Under the pieces are notes generated by a model, which was not told the DNA's origin, did not search any database, and saw only the letters and a list, made by a program, of their open reading frames with translations. A program made the position numbers and the translations under genes. A stretch of DNA of 10,280 nucleotides, from UHGV virus genome UHGV-0222540; one strand, given 5' to 3'. Positions 1 to 6,374 of this stretch are shown piece after piece (position 1 is the first letter of the stretch; every line of letters starts with the position of its first letter). This DNA is from a virus.

Positions 1-108
1 CGCCCCGGCAACAACAACCCCCGCCGGGGGATAAATCAGCCAGGCACCATACGCCAGCAAAAGCGCCCCCAGCACGCCCACCAGAGGCGCGAGAATCAGC
101 ATGATCAT
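1..108 (-). CDS. Hypothetical small hydrophobic protein, N-terminal 36 codons only (runs off window start)
   Basis: ATG at 108..106 with a GAGGT Shine-Dalgarno 5-9 nt upstream, 12 nt downstream of the terminase large subunit stop (120..122). Translation [36 protein letters not shown] is strongly hydrophobic. Not in the ORF track because no stop lies inside the window. Confidence 0.3.
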   Translation of the reverse strand, partial: MIMLILAPLVGVLGALLLAYGAWLIYPPAGVVVAGA

Positions 109-119
109 AATTACCTCAG

Positions 120-1853
120 TTAAAGCGAGCGGATCCCATAGGACTCAATGTGGTCAGACAGCGTGTCTTCTTTCTCGTACAGCATGGCTCTGCCAACCGC
201 CATAATCAGCGCAACTGCACCATCGATTTTGTTTTCCGCCTGCTCTTTGACGGGCTTCACCACATCATCGTTACCCGGAATGGTTTTGCCGACCACGTTG
301 CCGATACACCAGGTCATGATGGGATTGCCATCATGATGAAAGCGCCCCGATTCAATTGCCGCTTCCAGCTCTTTCATCGGGTCGGACATGTTGGTGTAGT
401 TCTGAATGATAGTGATGGGGTTCAGGTCTTCATCAGCAAGGTCATGTGACAACCCGGTCGCCCCGAAGGGGTCAATGGGTGACTCACTGACCGGGCTGAT
501 TTTGTTCGCCGCTTTGGCCTCCTCGAGGATGTAGCGATAATCCACCTCCGCACCATCGGTAACGGTCAGAACGCCCATTTCCACCCATTTCTGAAAGCGT
601 TCGGCTGTCCGTCGATCTTCATTTTTCTCGACGCTGTACACCGTGTCATACGGTACCCAGAAACGCGGGGCCACACTGTAGTAATGCGTTTTACCGTCAA
701 TCTCGCGGGTATAAAGTCGCGCCATGCTGTTCATATCCAGCTTACGCGCCAGGTCAAAGGCCAGAATGCACGGCTGCCCCTCGAACTGCTCAAGGGTCAG
801 TGATTTATCCTCGCAGCTCTGCCAGCTCACCAGGTTGAAATACGCCGAACGCGCCGACACCCAGATATTGAGGTGTTTTGTTTTAAAGACGTTTGCCAGA
901 CGGGCGTTATTTTTCGCACGCTGCTGCTGACTTAACAAAAATTCGCGATAAACCGACACGCCAATATTCGGGTTAGCTTTTTCCAGCACCTGCGGGTCGG
1001 TCCAGTCATCGCCTTCGTCAACGGTATAGATGATCCCGAACAGTTCATCGTTGGGTACCGACCCGTTGAGCATCTCGATAACTTCCCGTCGCTTGTCGTA
1101 GCACGGCCCCTCAATGTTGTACCCGGCAGTAGTAATGGCCCACATCAGTGGCTGACGTCGCGCCCCCATCCCGGTAAGCATCGTGGTGTAAAGCGCATCG
1201 GTGGCGTGCTCGTGATATTCATCCACCACCGCACAGTGGGGTGATGAACCATCACCGGGGTTACCGATCAGCGGTTCAAACCGCGCGCCATCCTCCGGAC
1301 GGTTCATGTTTGAGGCGTTAACCTCAATCCCGAACGCTTCCGTCAGCATGGGCGTGCGTTTACACATCAGTCGCGCCGGGCGAAAGACTTCCCACGCCTG
1401 TTTCTCTGTCGTGGCACCGGAATACACTTCCGCGCCAAACTCGTTATCACAGGCAAAACAATACAGGGCGACACCGGCAGAGATTGCCGATTTGCCGTTC
1501 TTACGGGGGATTTCGGTATACACCTCCCGGAAGCGGCGCAGCCGGGAGCCTTTATTGACCCAGCCAAACGCACAGCAGATCACAAAGAGCTGCCACGGCT
1601 CCAGCGTGATGGGCATCCTCTTGAATGCCCACTCACCCTTGGTGTGCGGCAACAGCTGAATAAATTTGGCGGCCCGTTCAGCCAGGTCCTTGTCGAAGCG
1701 GTAACGAAACGACTTACTTTTTTCCGCCATCAGGTCATCAAGATGGCGCTGGCAGGCCTGAATCACAAACTGGCAGGCAACAATCTTTCCGCGCACGACA
1801 TCCCGGGCATACTGATTGGCAGCATTTACGTTGGGGTAAGATTTCCGGCTCAT
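120..1853 (-). CDS. Phage terminase large subunit
   Basis: 577-aa ORF with a Walker A-like motif (PRKNGKS) near the N-terminus. Start overlaps the stop of the upstream small-subunit gene by 4 nt, typical terminase coupling. Size and position after HNH and TerS fit an HK97/P27-type packaging module. Confidence 0.92.
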   Translation of the reverse strand: MSRKSYPNVNAANQYARDVVRGKIVACQFVIQACQRHLDDLMAEKSKSFRYRFDKDLAERAAKFIQLLPHTKGEWAFKRMPITLEPWQLFVICCAFGWVNKGSRLRRFREVYTEIPRKNGKSAISAGVALYCFACDNEFGAEVYSGATTEKQAWEVFRPARLMCKRTPMLTEAFGIEVNASNMNRPEDGARFEPLIGNPGDGSSPHCAVVDEYHEHATDALYTTMLTGMGARRQPLMWAITTAGYNIEGPCYDKRREVIEMLNGSVPNDELFGIIYTVDEGDDWTDPQVLEKANPNIGVSVYREFLLSQQQRAKNNARLANVFKTKHLNIWVSARSAYFNLVSWQSCEDKSLTLEQFEGQPCILAFDLARKLDMNSMARLYTREIDGKTHYYSVAPRFWVPYDTVYSVEKNEDRRTAERFQKWVEMGVLTVTDGAEVDYRYILEEAKAANKISPVSESPIDPFGATGLSHDLADEDLNPITIIQNYTNMSDPMKELEAAIESGRFHHDGNPIMTWCIGNVVGKTIPGNDDVVKPVKEQAENKIDGAVALIMAVGRAMLYEKEDTLSDHIESYGIRSL

Positions 1854-2344
1854 GATTCGATAATTTTCAGAAACGGGTTAGTGGCTTTCTTCTGCCCCGC
1901 CAGGCCAATCAGACGCTGGCGGCTGCTGGGGTCGAGTCCGAGCATTGCCCCCGTACTGCTCATCTCGGACTCCTGTTCTTTTTTGGCGGTCAGCTCCGGA
2001 TTTTTGACCATGCCGCCCATTGCACCGGTGATGGTGTTGCCCTGTCTGGCAATATTTTTCACGGCACGTCGCCAGAACTCATAGGCCACGCACCACCGCT
2101 CAAGCACTGCGAGGTCAGTCACGCACAGCAGGCCCTGACCGCAGAGTTCTTTGGTTGTCAGTTGCCACATGATCGTGGCGAGAGGGAGCTCTTCTTCAGC
2201 GAACCACTCCGGTGGCTCAACACCTTTGATGGGCGTAAAAACGGGTTCATCTTTGTTCAGGGCTCGCTTGCCGGGGTTTCCGGCCAGCGCCTTGCGCGCC
2301 GTTGGCTTGGGGCGACGCCCGGAACGCCCCGCCGTTCCAGCCAT
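1850..2344 (-). CDS. Phage terminase small subunit (P27-family-like)
   Basis: The ORF opens with GTG at 2353, but the ATG at 2344 has a better AGGAG Shine-Dalgarno about 9 nt upstream. The Gly/Arg/Lys-rich N-terminus ([31 protein letters not shown]) is characteristic of P27-family small terminases. Stop overlaps the TerL start. Confidence 0.85.
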   Translation of the reverse strand: MAGTAGRSGRRPKPTARKALAGNPGKRALNKDEPVFTPIKGVEPPEWFAEEELPLATIMWQLTTKELCGQGLLCVTDLAVLERWCVAYEFWRRAVKNIARQGNTITGAMGGMVKNPELTAKKEQESEMSSTGAMLGLDPSSRQRLIGLAGQKKATNPFLKIIES

Positions 2345-2469
2345 ATGCGGCACTCCTGGTTAAATTTCATTTTTCGCGGGTATAAAAAAACGATGGGGCG
2401 GGCAGTCCGGAAGACGTCAGGTCACAGGGATTTGACCCGCCCCTCCCCTCTGGCAGTGGGAACTGGTTC
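2345..2469. other. Candidate cos / packaging-initiation region
   Basis: Non-coding gap between HNH and TerS, the position of cos in HK97-like phages. Contains a G-rich element GGGGCGGG (2395..2402) with an inverted partner CCCGCCCC (about 2439..2446), loosely like the lambda cohesive end GGGCGGCGACCT, plus an A-tract (TATAAAAAAA). Positional inference only. Confidence 0.3.
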
Positions 2470-2820
2470 TTACTTCAGCCGTTCACGGGCCGTCTTCGCC
2501 TTATGACACGGCCAGCACAAACTCTGCAGATTACTGTCGACATCAGTGCCGCCATGCGATTTAGGGATGATGTGGTCAACGGTCTTCGCCTCACGCACCA
2601 CACCAGCACGCAGACATAACTGACACAGGCCTTTGTCACGCTTCAGGACACGCGCGCGGATACTGTCCCACTTCGAACCGTAGCCGCGCTGATGACGTGA
2701 CAGGCCTGGTTTGTATTGCTTCCAGCCTTCGCTTTTGTGGCTTTCGCAATAGCCTGACGGGTCAGTAGTGGTATTGCGGCAACCGCGAACGCGGCAGGCT
2801 TTTGGTGTACGTGGTGGCAT
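2470..2820 (-). CDS. HNH endonuclease (terminase-associated, HK97 gp74-like)
   Basis: Cys pairs (CRVRGC, CQLC, CWPCH) and the H-N-H signature (TVDHIIPKSHGGTDVDSNLQSLC). Likely start is the internal ATG at 2820 (MPPRTPK...), which has an AAGGAAA Shine-Dalgarno; the ORF-track start at 2907 would overlap the divergent gene. Sits directly upstream of TerS. Confidence 0.9.
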   Translation of the reverse strand: MPPRTPKACRVRGCRNTTTDPSGYCESHKSEGWKQYKPGLSRHQRGYGSKWDSIRARVLKRDKGLCQLCLRAGVVREAKTVDHIIPKSHGGTDVDSNLQSLCWPCHKAKTARERLK

Positions 2821-2893
2821 TAATTGTTTCCTTAAGCCATTACGATGCGTCTGAAAATGAGTTAATCTGAAAATTCCTTCACTATGCGAGAGC

Positions 2894-3199
2894 ATGACAA
2901 TGGTCATAGGACAAGAAGATCAGAAATGCTGCCCGGCTTGCAATTCAGATGCGACCTGGCAGAACCGTGATACCGCTTGGTTAATTAGATGCCCGATGTG
3001 TGAAACATTTCTCATCAGGAATTCCACCATTGAAATTTTGCGAAGTGACGTTGTGTATCGGACATTAGCTGGTGACCTTCTCAAACAAGAAGGTGGGTGT
3101 GACTACATGCTTACAAGAGGAAGGCTTGCGAACTTCGCGAAAACCCAGCTCCCAAAATCAAAGTTTCAGGAATACTTCCCTGGTGACAACTACGAATAA
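2894..3199 (+). CDS. Hypothetical small protein with N-terminal C4 zinc-ribbon motif (cargo/moron)
   Basis: 101-aa ORF on the strand opposite to the late operon. CPAC-x18-CPMC motif (CxxC...CxxC). No signal peptide. Visibly more AT-rich than flanking late genes. Followed immediately by a 14-bp perfect-stem hairpin. Start could be ATG 2894 or 2900; Shine-Dalgarno is weak (GAGAG). Confidence 0.6.
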   Translation: MTMVIGQEDQKCCPACNSDATWQNRDTAWLIRCPMCETFLIRNSTIEILRSDVVYRTLAGDLLKQEGGCDYMLTRGRLANFAKTQLPKSKFQEYFPGDNYE

Positions 3200-3240
3200 G
3201 CCATTACAAAGCCCACCCGCAGATGAGCTTTGTAATGGCT
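3199..3240. terminator. Long hairpin between convergent genes (14-bp perfect stem, 14-nt loop)
   Basis: GCCATTACAAAGC (3200..3212) pairs with GCTTTGTAATGGC (3227..3239), extendable by an A-T pair at 3199/3240. Overlaps the stop codons of both the plus-strand small ORF and Rz1. No strong U-tract on either side, so terminator function is uncertain. Confidence 0.4.
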
Positions 3241-3562
3241 ACTGTGAGTTGCGTGACGTTTCTATCTTCCTGATACTGGCCTTGTCGATGTTGCACTGGC
3301 CCAGCGCCGAAAGCAGGCTCACATTCAGATCCAGACTGGCCCCATAGGTCAGCGGGTCGGGAATGACTGGCTGGGGCGTTTCAGTGGTCAGGCTTGTTGG
3401 CAGCGGTACCGCCGGAACCGGCACGTAAACTGTTCGCGTACTTCCGCAACCGGTCAGCAGCGGCAGCAGGCACATGACGTGAAGCACAATCATCATCCGC
3501 AACAGCCACTTTGATATCTTCCTGGGTTCTCTGTGACTCCAGTGCGATCTGCTGTTTTGCAT
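3239..3562 (-). CDS. Rz1-like outer-membrane lipoprotein spanin (o-spanin)
   Basis: Out-of-frame ORF overlapping the 3' end of Rz. Lipobox LLTGC followed by a proline-rich mature region (VYVPVPAVPLPTSLTTETPQPVIPDP). Start is ambiguous (ATG 3562, 3496 or 3493). Extends past the Rz stop, i.e. overlapped rather than embedded. Confidence 0.75.
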   Translation of the reverse strand: MQNSRSHWSHREPRKISKWLLRMMIVLHVMCLLPLLTGCGSTRTVYVPVPAVPLPTSLTTETPQPVIPDPLTYGASLDLNVSLLSALGQCNIDKASIRKIETSRNSQ

Positions 3563-3773
3563 GCTGGTTAGCCTCTATAACTGTATTGATGATTTGCAGT
3601 GATTGCAGAACGTTACGGGTAATGGCAGTTGCTGATTCAGCATTTCGTACAGCCTCATCAGCACGCTCCTTTTCGTGCTGATATTTGCTGTAGTAATGTC
3701 CAGCAGACCAGATGAAGGAACCAATGACGCTAACAACGAAGGCAACAATAACCAGCTTATATCTCAGCCTCAT
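3381..3773 (-). CDS. Rz-like inner-membrane spanin (i-spanin)
   Basis: N-terminal transmembrane helix (LVIVAFVVSVIGSFIW) followed by a charged, probably coiled-coil region. Start overlaps the endolysin 3' end. GGTGGGG Shine-Dalgarno upstream of ATG 3773. Position immediately after the endolysin. Confidence 0.8.
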   Translation of the reverse strand: MRLRYKLVIVAFVVSVIGSFIWSAGHYYSKYQHEKERADEAVRNAESATAITRNVLQSLQIINTVIEANQHAKQQIALESQRTQEDIKVAVADDDCASRHVPAAAADRLRKYANSLRAGSGGTAANKPDH

Positions 3774-4233
3774 TTACTACCCCACCAGCTTTTTTAAATC
3801 GGGCAATCAGGTCACCGATTTTATGTTCATACTGACCGTAACCTGCACCAGGTAACGACGCCCAGATATTGCTGCAACGGTCGATTGCCTGACGAATACT
3901 GCCGCGGTCAATCATCGGTAAAGCACCACGCTCTTTAATCTGCTGCAGAGCTACAGCGTCCTGGCTTTCTGGAGAAAAATCTTTCAGGCCAAGCTGTTTA
4001 CGGTAAGCATCCCACCAGCGTGAAAGAAGCTGGTAACGTCCGGCAGCTGTTGATTTGAGTTTGGGGTTTAGCGTGACAAGTTTGCGAGGGTGATCGGAGT
4101 AATCAGTGAACAGTTCGCCACCAACAATAACATCATAACCGTGGTTACGTGTCGGTTGTCGCCCGTTATCCGTTCCTTCTGACCATGCCACCATATCCAG
4201 GAAAGCTTTACGCTGGGAATTTAGTGCCTGCAT
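3757..4233 (-). CDS. R: Endolysin, lambda R-type lytic transglycosylase
   Basis: 158 aa, near-identical over most of its length to lambda R as I recall it (QRKAFLDM-AWSEGTDNGRQ-TRNHGYDVIVGGELFTDYSDHPRKLVTLNPKLKST-AGRYQLLSRWWDAYRKQLGLKDF...), including the catalytic Glu in WSEGT. Strong AAGGAG Shine-Dalgarno 8 nt upstream of the ATG. Confidence 0.95.
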   Translation of the reverse strand: MQALNSQRKAFLDMVAWSEGTDNGRQPTRNHGYDVIVGGELFTDYSDHPRKLVTLNPKLKSTAAGRYQLLSRWWDAYRKQLGLKDFSPESQDAVALQQIKERGALPMIDRGSIRQAIDRCSNIWASLPGAGYGQYEHKIGDLIARFKKAGGVVNEAEI

Positions 4234-4236
4234 AAA

Positions 4237-4572
4237 TTACTCCTTCGAGCTACCAAATTTGTTACCGATTACTCGCATTGCAGCCCCACGAATAGCATCG
4301 ACACCGATCAGCCCCACGCCACCACCAATGGCAACAGAAAGCGATTTAGGCCATCCGACATATTCAAGAGCGGATGCAAAGGTCAGCGTCAGAGCGCCAC
4401 ATAGCAAAATCTCGAGCGTTTTTCGCTTCCAGCCACCACCACCGCCAAAATAGGCGATGCGCAAACCAGCCATAACGATCGACATAATCACTGCACCCAG
4501 CGGTGTGTCTCCACGCCACCAGCTCTGAAACAACTCCAGCCAGTCCGGCCAGGTATTTGGGTTATGAGACAT
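4237..4572 (-). CDS. Holin, class I, distantly lambda S-like
   Basis: Three predicted transmembrane segments and a charged C-terminal tail. The C-terminal two-thirds aligns loosely with lambda S (GLRIAYFGGGGGWKRKT... vs AYLRGRYNGGAFTKT...). Sits immediately upstream of R. Likely start is ATG 4572 (MSHNP..., GAGGTGA upstream) rather than the ORF-track start at 4668, which would overlap the methyltransferase. Confidence 0.8.
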   Translation of the reverse strand: MSHNPNTWPDWLELFQSWWRGDTPLGAVIMSIVMAGLRIAYFGGGGGWKRKTLEILLCGALTLTFASALEYVGWPKSLSVAIGGGVGLIGVDAIRGAAMRVIGNKFGSSKE

Positions 4573-4611
4573 TTCGTCATCTCTCACCTCGCGATATTTG
4601 CGGGTGCTGTG

Positions 4612-4641
4612 TTGGAAATAAAAAGGCCACGCAACGTGGCC
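4612..4641 (-). terminator. Rho-independent terminator (minus strand) between the methyltransferase and the holin
   Basis: GGCCACG-caa-CGTGGCC hairpin (4625..4641), 7-bp GC-rich stem. On the minus strand it is followed directly by TTTTTATTTCC. Lies 8 nt downstream of the methyltransferase stop. Confidence 0.55.
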
Positions 4642-4648
4642 ACCAGAA

Positions 4649-5701
4649 TTATTTCCCCACCAGTTCACTTACCTCTTTCACCGTCTGATTAAACCGCTCT
4701 GACTCAAGTTCAACACCTAACGCCCGACGCCCCAGCGCCATTGCTGCTTTTATTGTGGAACCGGATCCCATAAAGAAATCAGCAACCAGATCACCAGGTC
4801 GACTACTGGCATTGATTATTTGCCGGAGCATATCCGCCGGTTTCTCGCACGGATGTTTACCCGGGTAGAACTGAACGGGCTTATGCGTCCAGACATCGGT
4901 ATAAGGCACGGAGACTGATACGGAGAAATAGCGCCGGAGAGATTTAAACTCATCCAGCAATTCAGAATATTTGCGATTCAGTGAATCATAAGATGCCACC
5001 AGCTGGTGGTGTGGTTGTTCCAGTTGTTGTTCCTGAAACTTCTCTGCCGCTATACGGGAAAACAGTGCCTGTAACTTCCGATAGTCAGCCTCATTCGGCA
5101 ACTGCCACTGACTGGCACCAAACCAGTGGGAAACCATATTTTTCTTACCTGTGGCTTCGGCAATTTGTTTTGCCGTTATACCCAGTTCGGCACGAGCATC
5201 CCTGAAATACGATATCAGCGGTGCCATTATGTGCTGTTTGAGTTCCCTTTCTTTTGCCGCATAGCCGTCACTTTTGCCGCGATATGGCCCCTGGTAATGT
5301 TCAGCAAACAGAACGCGCTCTGTGGCAGGAAAATATGCGCGCAGACTTTCTTTATTACACCCATTCCAACGTCCGGACGGCTTCGCCCAGATGATATGGT
5401 TAAGCACGTTGAAACGTTCACGCATCATGATCTCAATATCAGATGCCAGGCGATGCCCACAGAACAGGTAAAGGCTTCCGGCAGGTTTCAACACCCGCCA
5501 GAACTGGGCCAGACAGTGGTCCAGCCACTTAAGGTAATCTTCGTCCCCTTTCCACTGATTGTCCCAACCGTTAGGTTTCACCTTGAAGTAAGGCGGATCG
5601 GTAACAATCAGGTCAATGGAATCATCAGGCAGGGACTGAATAAAATGCAGGCAATCAGCGTTGATTAAATCAACACTGTTTATTTTTACAGTATTTTTCA
5701 T
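4649..5701 (-). CDS. DNA methyltransferase, beta-class N6-adenine (or N4-cytosine) MTase, apparently orphan
   Basis: 350 aa. Catalytic motif IV DPPY (IVTDPPYF) near the N-terminus and AdoMet motif I FxGxG (DFFMGSGSTIKAA) near the C-terminus; this IV-then-I order defines beta-class amino-MTases such as CcrM and M.HinfI. No adjacent restriction endonuclease candidate. Confidence 0.9.
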   Translation of the reverse strand: MKNTVKINSVDLINADCLHFIQSLPDDSIDLIVTDPPYFKVKPNGWDNQWKGDEDYLKWLDHCLAQFWRVLKPAGSLYLFCGHRLASDIEIMMRERFNVLNHIIWAKPSGRWNGCNKESLRAYFPATERVLFAEHYQGPYRGKSDGYAAKERELKQHIMAPLISYFRDARAELGITAKQIAEATGKKNMVSHWFGASQWQLPNEADYRKLQALFSRIAAEKFQEQQLEQPHHQLVASYDSLNRKYSELLDEFKSLRRYFSVSVSVPYTDVWTHKPVQFYPGKHPCEKPADMLRQIINASSRPGDLVADFFMGSGSTIKAAMALGRRALGVELESERFNQTVKEVSELVGK

Positions 5702-5851
5702 GGATCAGTAAGCGTAACTCTGGTAGGCTCACTCTGCTTTTGCGCTAAAGCAGTGGGCCGTGGTTCGCTTGTGACCAGTAAGCATGAGCGAATGGCTGGC
5801 AGGTGCTACCAACACCCACCAGCCGCCCATTTTCACAGCAGGAAACCGCCA

Positions 5852-6055
5852 TTACTGGCAGCGTCTGAATTTATTCCCATACCCGCCGTTATCCTTCGCC
5901 AGACCCGCCAGAACTAACTGAGTCAGTATTAACTGGCACCGGGCTTCGCTTACTCCGGTAGTTCTCGTCATCATGCGTGGCGTTACCCACTTGTCAGCAG
6001 GTAAGAAATGAAGGACTACGGCGGCGGTTTCTGTCATATCTTGCTGTTTTAGCAT
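5852..6055 (-). CDS. Hypothetical small protein (possible winged-helix-like); start uncertain
   Basis: ORF 5852..6079. The internal ATG at 6055 has the best Shine-Dalgarno (AAGGGA about 9 nt upstream); ATG 6079 and 6037 are alternatives. No recognised homolog. Co-directional with the late operon and divergent from the 339-aa cargo gene. Confidence 0.4.
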   Translation of the reverse strand: MLKQQDMTETAAVVLHFLPADKWVTPRMMTRTTGVSEARCQLILTQLVLAGLAKDNGGYGNKFRRCQ

Positions 6056-6079
6056 GTCTTTTTCCCTTCTGGTTAACAT

Positions 6080-6374
6080 GACATACCAATAACTCTTGTC
6101 TAAAAAGCCAGCAAGATAAAAAGTCAGTATTCACGACCACCAGCGTGTTTACTGTACTGCACCAAGTTTACAGGTACAAAAAAACCGCTCAGCGGCGGGT
6201 TTAAGCTGTGTGGCGAAGTAACCACTCTTAACACAGTAATCTAGAAAATGCGGACCGCGTTAGTGATTTTTATCTGTTTTTCCATTATTTTTTTGCCACA
6301 CAACTTAAAACGAAAAATAAAGCAGGCGTTGCCAAACCTCACGGTGACAGTTGGCTTAGAATGAGGACATACTT
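6080..6374. promoter_or_regulatory. AT-rich divergent intergenic region; likely promoters for the plus-strand cargo gene and possibly a displaced late-promoter module
   Basis: About 295 bp with no ORF and long A/T tracts (TTTTTATCTGTTTTTCCATTATTTTTTTGCC). Plus-strand candidate promoter: TTGCCA (6293..6298), 17-bp spacer, AATAAA (6316..6321). Shine-Dalgarno GAGGA (6363..6367) precedes the TTG start at 6375. Minus-strand -10-like AATAAT at 6289..6284. Promoter calls are by eye only. Confidence 0.3.
6178..6202 (-). terminator. Weak intrinsic-terminator-like hairpin plus U7 (minus strand)
   Basis: Minus-strand sequence CCGC-tga-GCGG followed directly by TTTTTTT. The stem is only 4-5 bp, so this is marginal. 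Lies in the AT-rich intergenic region upstream of the small ORF. Confidence 0.3.

Noticed and set aside
148-2084. Plus-strand ORFs inside the terminase genes (148..336, 150..449, 724..930, 1306..1659, 1644..2084) and minus-strand ORFs 932..1114 and 1367..1573
   Set aside because: They are antisense or out of frame within well-supported terminase coding sequence, have no ribosome-binding sites that I can see, and their translations are low-complexity. They look like frame artefacts of a GC-rich coding region.
2151-2506. Plus-strand ORFs 2151..2363 and 2162..2506 across the TerS start and cos region
   Set aside because: They overlap TerS antisense and the putative cos region, with Arg/Gly/Ser-rich translations typical of spurious GC-rich frames.
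2821-2907. Extended N-terminus of the HNH gene (ORF-track start 2907)
   Set aside because: The internal ATG at 2820 has a clear Shine-Dalgarno and yields a typical HNH protein of about 116 aa. The extension has no ribosome-binding site and would overlap the divergent plus-strand gene.
2833-3207. 11-bp direct repeat TAAGCCATTAC at 2833..2843 and 3197..3207 flanking the zinc-ribbon gene
   Set aside because: It is tempting as an insertion-site duplication, but a few exact 11-mer repeats are expected by chance in a 10-kb window, and the right copy is part of the hairpin stem. Not strong enough to call a mobile-element boundary without comparison to an empty site.
3072-3347. Plus-strand ORF 3072..3347 (91 aa)
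   Set aside because: Alternative frame overlapping the zinc-ribbon ORF and the convergent Rz1 gene, with no start signal and a low-complexity translation.
4259-4688. Plus-strand ORFs 4259..4453 and 4503..4688, and the extended holin start at 4668
   Set aside because: The plus-strand ORFs are antisense to the holin and Pro-rich. The 4668 start would put 32 non-hydrophobic residues ahead of the first transmembrane helix and overlap the methyltransferase; ATG 4572 with its Shine-Dalgarno is more plausible.
4981-5668. ORFs inside the methyltransferase gene (4981..5205, 5126..5668, 5227..5421)
   Set aside because: Antisense or alternative frames within a CDS that has clear MTase motifs; no independent support.
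5755-5775. GGTTCG motif that looks like a tRNA T-loop
   Set aside because: The flanking sequence (GGTTCGCTTGTGACC) does not continue into the GGTTCGAATCC consensus, and I cannot build a cloverleaf. Stx phages carry tRNAs near here, but nothing convincing is present.
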